From: Lepidodermella squamata
Taxonomy: Eukaryota; Animalia; Gastrotricha
Length of the DNA stretch: 64,000 nucleotides
Reading direction: 5' to 3'
NCBI GenBank assembly: GCA_047495785.1
Contig: JBLDXI010000054.1
Span: 1,922,001-1,986,000, forward strand
The position numbers were made by a program, and so were the translations under genes. Positions 53,701 to 63,223 of the stretch are shown here, one piece after another; the stretch's first letter is position 1, and each line of letters begins with the position of its first letter. The notes under the pieces are model-generated. The model was not told the DNA's origin. It searched no databases and worked only from the letters and a program-made list of their open reading frames with translations.

Positions 53701-55428
53701 CGGGAAAATTCTGGACCTTCGAAACTCGGTCCCGAAAGATAGATAAACCATCCTGGCTAATAGTGTGGCCAAGATAGGTGATGGAGCGACGAAAAAGTTG
53801 GCATTTCGAACCCTTAATTTTCAAGTTCATTTTACGCATGCGCTCAAGCACGACGCGGAGATCATGAAAATGTTGTGCTTTATTCGGGCTGAAAACTAGA
53901 ATATCGTCGAAATAAGTGGCGACGATGCGGCCCAGTAAACCAGTCATGCAGAACGTGAGCAGACGGTTCCAATAGGCCGGGGCGGTCTGAGCACCGAAAG
54001 GCATTCTATTCATGGTCCAGGACCCTTGGGATGATCTGAACCCTAAATATTGCTTTGAATCTTCGGACACTTTCATGTGAAAATAAGCCTGATTTATATC
54101 AATAGCTGAGAAAATGCGTGCTTTCGACAATAAATCAAACTGGCTCCAAATTTGCGGTATTGGGTGTGAGCCGTCATTGACAGTCATGCTATTTAGGCGG
54201 CGAAAATCATGGGCTAGGCGCAGTGAACCATCCTTTTTCCTCAGGGCAAGGAGGCAGCTACTATACGGCGTAGCGGCCGGCTCAGCAATGCCGTGTTTAA
54301 CCCAGTCTTGTATTTCTTTCTCAACCATTTCCCTCTCATGATGTGACTGACGCCGAAGCGGCTGAATGAACGGCGGGCCTTCGACCTTGACCTTGAACTC
54401 AAGGGCATCGCACAGGCCGATATCCAGCCTATGGCGCGCGAAACAATCCTTGAATTCGCTCAACAAACTACGCATTCTACGGCGTTCATCAGTGGATAGT
54501 TCCGACTTTTCCAAGTCGACATCGGGCTCCCAGTCATCGCGGGCGTCGGCCGGCGGCGGCGACGGCCGTTTGGATGACTGGCGGTTACGATCAGCGCCAA
54601 TTATGTCTATGTGGACACCCTCGACGAGAAAGGCGGCGACTTTTTGGCCTTTATAGATTTTCACAGGTGATCGCCCGGGGTTGAGTAACTCGACCCAAAT
54701 ACGACCCGCATCATCTACCTTGGAAAGTGAGCGTGAGACGACGAAGTCGCGCTCCTGATTTTGCGTGTCGCTAGGCTCGTCATGTAAGTTATCACTAACG
54801 ACGGTTTTTCCCGTAAGACCATGACCCGTAATGCGTGCACGGACGCGGATGGGCTTACCCGGCGGAAGAACTACATCATCCAAAGACGCTGCACGCAAAT
54901 CCGGATGCGTGACTGCGTTTATGGCGTACGGTGAATACGGCGCGGCGTGTAACGGAATAGAACCCGCGTCATCACGCAGAAAAATAACATTACGAGAATT
55001 GCTTATACTGTCGGCGAACTTGTACGTAAAATCGTGACCTAACAAGCCGTCGGCATGCAAATTCCGAATGAAATAAAATTGGTGTAAAAATTCGTGTCTA
55101 CCGAAGCGTATCGGGATAGTCGCCTTGCCCAAAACTTGCAAGGGCTGGTTATCAGGCCCGTTGGCTTTAGCGGGCTCAAGGCGAATACCAGGGTAAAGGA
55201 AGCGGGCATCGATGCAACTATGAGTCGCACCGGAATCGAGAAGCATGGCAACATGCCGAAGTGAGCAACTATCATTTTCAGCGACGTCAACTAAATCCAT
55301 GTGAGCGACGAGGCCGCTCGGAGCGTGTGAACAAGAAGAAGACGGTAAAGTAGTGACAGATGAAATAATAGCGGGACAGGTGGCATCGGCGGAGGCGTGT
55401 CCGGTCCCATCGGACGGCCTCCTTAATA
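50753..55428 (-). CDS. pol: Pol polyprotein (protease, RT, RNase H, integrase), expressed by -1 frameshift
   Basis: LLDSGA; HDFRRLN, MPFG, YFDD; TDASG, ERNYS..EREVLA, ADAMSR; H-x4-H..CAVC, WDVAG/NDNA/HCEHLN (DDE); GPY. The frame is open upstream of Met 55300 as far as the slippery site. Confidence 0.95.
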
Positions 55429-55435
55429 GTTTAAA
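55373..55435 (-). promoter_or_regulatory. -1 programmed ribosomal frameshift signal
   Basis: U UUA AAC heptamer (55435-55429) in the gag frame, 6-nt spacer, GGAGGC/GCCUCC stem-loop. Confidence 0.8.
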
Positions 55436-56883
55436 TGATCGCCACGCTGTTCACGCGCGTCATAAGACAAACGCGGCTGATAATCACGATCGCGCGACGG
55501 AGTACGGCGCATGCCGCGCTGATGATAGGGCGAGTGACTAGAACGGTAGTCATCGCGAGAACGACACTGGTCGGCGTAATGACCAGGGCGGCGGCATTTA
55601 TCGCAAACCGGGGTGCGGGGACGGCGATCGTCCCGCTGTTGTAGCAAGTCGCGCATCCTGGAGCGGCACTCGGCCTCGACATGGCCGGGCTTCGAGCAGT
55701 AATAGCAGGACGGGCGCGAACTACCACGCCGATTATCATTATTAGAAGTGTTGTTATTATTATTACCGTTATCGCGGCTGCGGTAGGCGGACCGGTGGTT
55801 GTAATTACCACGGCCCTTGTCGCTGTAGCTCGGCTTGTTGCGACCAAGCTCCTGAACCTGCGCGGTCAGCGCGTTGACAGCTTGAATCAGCGCCGTTTCG
55901 GTCGGCTCAGCCTTAACGACGGCGGCAGCAGCAGGCGGCGCCGCAGCGGCGGGCGCAGGCGCAGGCGGTGCCAACGAGGCGGCCGCGCCTGGCGCGTAGT
56001 GCGGGGCGAGCGCGACCGGGGCCGGCGGCACATACAGCGGCGTACCTAACGAAGTCGCCGTCACGTGGGTGACCGGCGGCGGCGCGGCGCCAGGCAGGCC
56101 AATGGGAAAACCGGCATGGTTAAGGCCGAATGACGGCTGAGCATAAGGCTGGGGATACGAGGGAGTGTAAGAGACATGGCCGAATCCGGCCGGAAGCAAG
56201 GCCTGGGCGCCGGCAGGGCCGACGCGGATCGAGGTATCCGCGACCTCGGCGAGGCGCAATAACTCCTCGCACGTTTGGGGTACGCCAAGCATAGCCATAC
56301 GCTCACGAATAGCAGGCAAAATGCCGAAATAGACCCGATTAACAAGGTCCTTGCTAGTGTTTTCGGGCTCGCCACGCCCGGAATCAATCCAGAGACGGCG
56401 AATAACGTCATAATACTGGCGAACGGTCTCGCCAGGGTATTGAGGGCGAGAATAAAACTGCATCGAGGCTAACACGGTGTCCGGCGCGAGGCCAGACGCG
56501 GCGAGAAGCGCCTTCCGCGCCTCATCAAAAGTAGTAAAACCAGAATAGTCAACAGTCGCCCACACACGCTCAAGTTTGTTCGACAGAAACAAGGGCAGCA
56601 TGTGGAGGACATGTTGTAACGGGTGTAAGTGATTATCAGTGTCGCAAATGTAAGGCGCGACTTTAGCAAAACGACCCCAGGACGAAACGAACTCGTCGTA
56701 GGAATCGCCAGAAATCTGGCCGACACGCACGAGCGCCAGCTCGATAGGCATGGCGAAGGCGGCGGCCGCAGTAGTAGGCGCCGGCGGCGCGGGACGGCCA
56801 GGCGCAGCGCTCGTGGCCACGCCAAAACCGGGAACACCACCAGACAGAGCAGACCCAGCAGGGCCGGAGGAGCCGGATGCCAT
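55423..56883 (-). CDS. gag: Gag with two CCHC zinc knuckles
   Basis: ATG 56883 downstream of the PBS; capsid-like RPQYPGETVRQYY; CYYCSKPGHVEAEC and CDKCRRPGHYADQC. Confidence 0.92.
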   Translation of the reverse strand: MASGSSGPAGSALSGGVPGFGVATSAAPGRPAPPAPTTAAAAFAMPIELALVRVGQISGDSYDEFVSSWGRFAKVAPYICDTDNHLHPLQHVLHMLPLFLSNKLERVWATVDYSGFTTFDEARKALLAASGLAPDTVLASMQFYSRPQYPGETVRQYYDVIRRLWIDSGRGEPENTSKDLVNRVYFGILPAIRERMAMLGVPQTCEELLRLAEVADTSIRVGPAGAQALLPAGFGHVSYTPSYPQPYAQPSFGLNHAGFPIGLPGAAPPPVTHVTATSLGTPLYVPPAPVALAPHYAPGAAASLAPPAPAPAAAAPPAAAAVVKAEPTETALIQAVNALTAQVQELGRNKPSYSDKGRGNYNHRSAYRSRDNGNNNNNTSNNDNRRGSSRPSCYYCSKPGHVEAECRSRMRDLLQQRDDRRPRTPVCDKCRRPGHYADQCRSRDDYRSSHSPYHQRGMRRTPSRDRDYQPRLSYDAREQRGDHLNY

Positions 56884-56938
56884 TAGACCGTAAAAAACGA
56901 GAAAATGAGTGTGATGTGGCGGTAAAAGCAACGAAAAA

Positions 56939-56953
56939 CCACTTCTGACACCA
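56939..56953 (-). promoter_or_regulatory. Primer-binding site complementary to the tRNA-Leu 3' end
   Basis: TGGTGTCAGAAGTGG, 7 nt inside the 5' LTR; complements ...CCACTTCTGACACCA of metazoan tRNA-Leu(CAA). Confidence 0.8.
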
Positions 56954-56960
56954 AAATTAG

Positions 56961-57152
56961 TGTAATATCCGGCACGGTACGGATACCACACGGGTTCGAT
57001 ATAAAGAGTAAATAACAGTCAGGCAGAAATGATCCAAAACTCCTCATTTTATTGTTATTGTGTTTCAGTATTTATACTGCGGCACGCAGGCCGCTTATTG
57101 GTTGGTATGCGGGCCAATCGCGCTCGACTTGCGTGTCGCGCGTCCGCATAGC
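56961..57152 (-). repeat. 5' LTR (identical to the 3' LTR but missing its outer 3 bp)
   Basis: Matches 48198-48389; ends ..gcatagc and joins the duplicated mariner segment. Confidence 0.92.
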
Positions 57153-57758
57153 TCGTTGAATGACTGCAGGCGTTGACTTCGATTTCTTATGTGGAACTCG
57201 ATTGTTCTTGACTAATCCTCGTCGCCGGAAATTTGATACCCATCTCAATACCAACGAACGATCCGGAACTTTAAAACTGGTTGAGCCTCTGTTTTCGAGC
57301 CGGAAGGCTCTGCAGGCAGACGTCGGAGAGTTGCCGTGAGTAAAGTAAAGCTCAACTATACGGGCTTTGACCGTTGGAGGCCACATGCAACGATTAAACA
57401 ACGAAAATAGCGGTGAAAAAGTCGTTGTCAAAAAGAAATTGCATTTTTTCATTTCAAACTTTGTTTGTGCACTCATTTTAAGGCTGATTTTTATAAAATG
57501 GATATCGAAAAAAACGCGGTGATTTGAGCTTTCAGAATCTGTCTTGATCATGGAAAAATTCGCCAAAATGAGGGAGCTGCATTGATTTGTAATGTTGCAA
57601 AATTTTTTGGACACACTGTATTTTTACCGTCAAAGTTCTTGCTGCAGTTTGTGTCACTACTTTTCACCACTAGCCATGCCGGCTAAATGGCTTGGTGCAA
57701 ACACCTTTCAAAGCTGATGAAAGAAACGTGTGTGTCTTTCAAGGTTAGAGGTTTATTC
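57152..57758 (+). repeat. 607-bp direct repeat, copy 2 (partial mariner plus flank)
   Basis: Matches 47591-48197. Confidence 0.9.
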
Positions 57759-59356
57759 AATGACGCTAACGATATGGCTATTCATAAGATGATTACATAT
57801 TCACAATGCAGACTGAAAATAAATACGAATTATTCGCTTACCGCTTACTTTGTTCTTGAATGAAGCCTGATCCTGGCGTAGATCTTGCGTTGGTTTACTA
57901 TCAGACGACTTAGTAGTCGCCGATTTTTCCACATTTTTGAAGCATGCGTTAGCCGAACCGCAGACCAACACCAACACCAATACGAACATCGATACAGACA
58001 TTATTCGCCCTTGAATCAATTTCATAATAACGACAAAATGATGTGGCCTCATTTGGACTTGGCGGTTTACTATTTATTGCTGCGTAGCTGAAAATTAACA
58101 TAACCTATTTTTTCATTAACTTGGAAAGGTCAGATGTTGGGTTTAACGTTGATGTTCAGCTGACATTGTTCATGGATTTCACCATTACTGAAATTATATG
58201 AATTAGCGAAAACAACAGCAATACAAAATAATGAAAGAATAACCTTAAAATCGTTGAATAAAATGAATCAAATCGATGATTCAAATTTGCTCGATAAAAC
58301 GAGGTGTGGGGTTGCGACAGTTCTAGCCTCTCTCGAGGAGCTTATTGTCGATTTTTTCTTTCGGGACCGAAAATTACTGGCGCTATTATTTCCATGTCCA
58401 ATAACGACAATTGCTTCAGTTTGCGGCTCGGATTAAACGGTGAGAGTACGACTGAGAGAAATTGCAGCCCCTTCTTCAAATTTTCAAGACCAGTAAGACA
58501 AGACAAGTAAGGCTTCGCTGCGCGAGTGTAAAAGCCACCTGGACACTAACGCTTGGGCCCTGGAGAAACAGTCAGCAATATCTGGAGTACCAGGGGAATG
58601 TAAATCTTAAGTAGTCAGTAAACCAGACCAAACTTTCGCAGACCGTAAGCTCGCGATTTTCTCAATTCTGGCGAAAGCTTGAGTCCGTCAGGGCGAGGAG
58701 AAATCGTAAATTTTCACCGCGTTTTCAAATGCGTTTTCCTGAGATTTTCAAGACTGTCGTTTGTCATCTTATTTTCTGCGGAATTAGGAATAAGAAACAA
58801 AGCGACGGCAGTCTGACAGTTCTGAGTTTACTCTCGAGTCTCGAGTTGCGGCTGATGGTTGTCTTCATCCTTGTGCTTTCTACTCGAGGAGCTCTGTTGG
58901 TGTCCCGGAGCTGGGGTGTCGCGACACCCCAGAACCCCTGTAACCTGTGCCGTGATTTTCGGGAAAAAGCCGCCGGTCAGTCGCCGGGTCAGTCACCAAA
59001 ATCATGGTAAGAGTTGAGCCTGAATTCATTCTACAATCGAAGAATTTGCGAATTATGGCGACGCGTTCGCTTCTTCATGCTGCTGACGTAAGGTCACAGT
59101 CCCAAATCAAGAATGAAATACAAATGAGACTGTGAGAAACTGCGGAATTATTATTACAGGTGCAAATTGACAGCGCTATCGCAGGATACAGAACAAAAAA
59201 AGCAATAACCTAAGTTAAGGTAGTCGTAACTAATAATTGAAAAGACAACAATTAACAATTATTTGAATGGGAAATGGATCTTGGATCTTCAAATGGTCTT
59301 TGGCTAATACCATAAGGCACACGCGTTGGGAGAGGAATGAAGACCGGACAATGTTC

Positions 59357-60855
59357 TCAAGCCGTTTTGGATTCCCCAACACCTTTGCGTCGCAGATATT
59401 CCACCACTTCTTTACTCTTTCCAGTTCTGATAGCAAATTGCAAAACCGATTCACCTTTTGAATTGACCACGTTCAAATCGGCCCCAGCCTCCTCAACCAG
59501 ATACTTCATCACGTCCAAATGATCCACGGCCCAGAACAATGCGCTTTCTCGTTTTTTGCTGCCGTCCCCATTAACATTAGCTCCCTTAAAAACCAAGTAT
59601 TTCACGAATTCAAGATGTCCATGCTCGGCTGCAACTGCGATAGGTCGTCTCTTATCCATATCCGTTCGATCAATCGTAGCTCCATTTTCAATCAATACCT
59701 TGGCTACATCTAAATGATTGTAAACTGCCGCATTCATTAGAGCTGCCCAGCCAAATTTATTATACGTATTGACATCAGCGCCTTTCTTAATTAAGTACTC
59801 CGCAACCTCAACATTCCCACGTTCGGCAGCAAGGTTTAAAGGTGATCTTTTTGATTTATCTTTTTCAGATATTTTCGCTCCACGTTGCACCAACAACTGA
59901 ACAATATTCACAAGTCCAGCTTGAGCGGCAATCATCAACGTTGTTTTTTCCATCAATTCCTCGCGGGCTTCGATCGACGCTCCTCTGTCCAGAAGAAGTT
60001 TGGCGATTTCCTCGCGATCCGCTGGTTTCTTATTGCATTGAACCGCTCTATGGAGCAGAGTGCCGCTCTGGACCCTATAAATACCGTATATGATGAAACA
60101 CTGACCCATTTACCCTATAAGTGGCCTCATAACGCCCCAAGCTACAAATATAGTGTAGAGTGAATCAAAGGAGCCCCACAGTATCATAATAAATGTGGCT
60201 GAAAATTAAGACTCAGAGTCCCAACGACGATATTTTGGGAAAAATGAGACGGCTGATTGAGGAAACTTTGAGTTCGCAAATACTTTCCGCCGGCACAAGA
60301 GTTACCTGTTACCAAGCCCATGATGCGCCCTAATATCCTACGATGTCTCAATTCAGGGTAAATATTTCATCAATTACGATACGCTTTCCAAACCAGAGTT
60401 GCACGACTGCCATACTGATGGGTCAACTTTCCGCCAATCAGGATTGAACTTGCCGCCTGTTGCCGCATCGATCTTTGATATGATTGATTTTGCGGCAGCT
60501 GCATCAAAGTCCGCGAATAGAGTGTCGAAAAGGGACAAGTACAAAGATTCAACTTCGTCACTTTGGCTATCCTATTAAATTTTAAAATGTGTTATTTTGT
60601 TCTGGTAAAGGGTGAAACTCTGAGTTAGACCGCAACAGGATGAAAACATAATAGGGAAATGATAAAATGCATACCGTGGCCTTGTTTCCCTTGCTTCGAT
60701 CCTGTAAAAGAGTTTCAGAAGAGAAAACGCACCGTGAAGTGTATTAGTAATAGCAAAGGCTTCGTCTATTATACTATTACCTTTCCTTTGCATGCGGAAG
60801 TCGAACCATAAATGGCCAGCAAGACCATCAAAATATACATTGTATTATTCCCCAT
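59357..60855 (-). CDS. Signal-peptide-bearing ankyrin-repeat protein (4 exons, intact)
   Basis: Exons 60855-60781 (MGNNTMYILMVLLAIYGSTSACKGK), 60701-60675 (DRSKGNKAT), 60571-60378 (DSQSDEVESLYLSLFDTLF..) and 60074-59357 (ankyrin repeats); all GT-AG and in frame. Confidence 0.83.
60084..60379. mobile_element. Old Tc1/mariner-pogo-type MITE forming almost all of intron 3
   Basis: 24-bp TIRs, 18/24 identical without gaps (ccgtatatgatgaaacactgaccc vs tcgtaattgatgaaatatttaccc); TA on both sides. Confidence 0.65.
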
Positions 60856-61897
60856 ATATCAGCCTGTTCTAAGCAACTGCTAAAACAAATTCGCAATTGG
60901 TATGGCTGTGTGTAATTACTGTTGCGTAGTTGGAGATTATAATTAACTAATTTTAATTGATCGAAACGTTGTTTTTTTTGCACTCATAATAGCATGGATG
61001 GGTAATTTTACTAATGCCGAAATGCGTGATAAGAATTCGAATGAATCCACGTTGAACAGGTGAACAGGTGGACTTTTGCTCATTAATGAAGCCCTCCAAG
61101 TAATTTGTTGACTAATGACCATCCTTGTGAAAACGAAAATTCTGAACGCGATGTCATACGGTACAAGCAAACGGGAAAGCTAGTTTGTGAGTTCATAATA
61201 TGCGCGAAGTTTTATACAACTAAATGAGCCAAGAAAAGCTAACTCTTGCAGGTTGACACCTGCGATGTTTTTCGGCACCGCCGTTATTCAAGTTCTCGAT
61301 CCTGCTAGTGGCATTTGCCCACATATTCTTTTTCTAGACATCTTGCCCAGCTACGAGTTGACCGCATATAACCAGGATGAAGGACCAGGAAGTGTTCTAC
61401 TAACCCAGCGAGTGATAGAGTTCTACAGGAAAACGTCAGCTAACAATTCGGAATTGTTAGCTGACGGTTTCCTATAGAACTGGAACAGCTCGACCGCTTC
61501 TAATGGGCGATATGTCCCAATATGCCCCTGACAACTGTTCAGCGTGAGGCGAAATGGTCATGATTTAAAAATGTATAGGAAAGATGCCGATTTATTGGTG
61601 GTCTGCGTTACACAATTCTTAGTAACATTGCACTCAAGACACACAATCGAGTAAGCACTGCATTTCCTTATTCGAGTTTCCGAAATGATTATGAACAATA
61701 TCCTTGGTTTGATCTGATAGTTTTCCGTGTCCCTTGCCAAGATGATATTCGATGAGTGATCTCACAACCGAAAATGCGTTGCCTTTCCCAGAAGTAATCT
61801 GACTATCTTTATTATTTTGAGGCTTTCTTGCCAGGACACAGGACCTGTACTTCTTTGGAAAACCCAACCCAACCGGCTGGTTCCTACCAGTTATTAC

Positions 61898-62059
61898 CGT
61901 TTGACGGCGAAATTTCTTAAAATCCTGTAAAAGAGTGTATGAGATAAACGCAGGCTGGAGCATAGTAGACGAAGCATTTACAACCTTAGTAAAGCATGCG
62001 ATAGTCGAACCAGAAATGGCGAGCAAGATCATCCAAATATACATCGCATAATATCCCAT
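61898..62059 (-). other. Orphan signal-peptide exon plus microexon of the ankyrin family
   Basis: MGYYAMYIWMILLAISGSTIACFTK|gt...ttttacag|DFKKFRRQT|gt parallels exons 1-2 of the 59357-60855 gene. Confidence 0.6.
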
Positions 62060-62578
62060 TTTTATCAGCCTGGATCCGCCAAACTCCAATACAAGTTTTA
62101 GTTTTGTTGTTTTTCTAATTACCGCTGCGTATTTGCAGCAGTTCTAAATTAACTAAATTAACTAATTAACTCTAAATTAACTTCCTGATTTAAATAGATT
62201 GAAAAACGTTTTTGTACCTACGCCAATATGCGCGATAATAATACGAATGAATCCTACGAATGAAGTAGGGGGTATTTTCGGGCCCAAATTTCACGATCAA
62301 AGGGTCCCTCTGTGGTATTTTCGAGATTTCCACCCTCGCCTTTCCCCCGGTACTTCGCGCACTGGTACCGGTGGAATGGAGGATATCGTAACCCCAGTTC
62401 ACAATGCCAAGGTGGGAAGTGCCTATAAAGACCAGGGGGGCCAGAGGGAGACCACAGGATTCGAAACCTGTGGTGATGGACGCGGACACCGCTTTCAGCT
62501 CGCAAAAATAAAAAATCGAGACGCGCGAGAATTGCAAAATGCCGATGGTATGAATATCGCTTTGAATTTAACGCTCAC

Positions 62579-62662
62579 CTTTGCCAAATTTTTGACGCAA
62601 GCGTTAGCCGACCCAGGAATGACTAGCACTACTACCCATGCAAGCAGATAATTATTCGCTAT
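62579..62662 (-). pseudogene. Signal-peptide exon with start codon lost (ATA)
   Basis: (I)ANNYLLAWVVVLVIPGSANACVKNLAK|gtgag parallels MANDILLVWIAVLVLSRSANACFKNVAK|gtaag. Confidence 0.6.
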
Positions 62663-63223
62663 TACAACAATTTCATAGTACCGAACAAAAATGTTATGGT
62701 TTCGTGTGGACTTGCGGTTAATTTATTGCCGCGATTTGGAGAATTAACATATAATCTATCTGAGGTGAAATAGGAAAAAACGGACGCGGACACCGCTTTC
62801 AGCTCGCTAAAATAAAAAATGGATACCCGCGCTAACTCGGCATACTTAATGTATATGTAGAAATCGCCATTCTCGCACCCAAATGTCGTGGATGGTAACT
62901 TTTTGGTCAGCCAAATTGTGACTTTGACAGTTTTAAAGGCCTAAGGTCACATTATTTTCTCATCACTGTCATGAAATAAAAACGAGACTGTGAGAAACTG
63001 CGGATTTATTATTACAGGTGCGAATTAGTGATAAATGAGTGTTACATTTCGACAGTTGTATCGCAGGATACAGAACAAAAAAGCAATAACGTGCGTCATA
63101 ACAAATAATTGAAAAGATAAATATTATGTAAATAAAAGATAAATGGAATTCATCTATTGTCCTCAGGCGCACGCGTTGGGAGAGGAATGTAAGTATGTTC
63201 TATGTATGTTCTTAAGCCGTTTC

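Larger units (their letters stand above)
48198..57152 (-). mobile_element. Full-length env-bearing Ty3/gypsy LTR retroelement (gag-pol-env)
   Basis: Identical LTRs, PBS, uninterrupted gag, pol (PR-RT-RH-IN order) and a third ORF. Confidence 0.96.
45841..58001 (-). pseudogene. Secreted-ankyrin paralog disrupted by mobile elements
   Basis: Exon 1 58001-57849 (MSVSMFVLVLVLVCGSANACFKNVEK..). Exon 2 from 47188 (DPDDVNSLYLSLFETL..) is split by a TIR element, frameshifted at ~45900 and truncated against the LINE fragment. Intron 1 holds the mariner and the gypsy element. Confidence 0.75.

Noticed and set aside
51090-56886. Many plus-strand ORFs opposite gag/pol, as possible antisense genes
   Set aside because: Short, low-complexity shadows of GC-rich coding sequence with no motifs.
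56884-56991. N-terminal extension of gag shown in the ORF track
   Set aside because: Starts at a GTG inside the LTR and crosses the PBS; ATG 56883 is the plausible start.
57072-57614. 180-aa ORF as a second transposase gene
   Set aside because: A chimera of the duplicated mariner fragment reading into the LTR. Its N-terminus, like that of ORF 47457-48053, is translated TIR.
61634-62089. 151-aa ORF as a single-exon protein
   Set aside because: Reads through segments that are introns in the paralog at 60855; only the leader and microexon are homologous.
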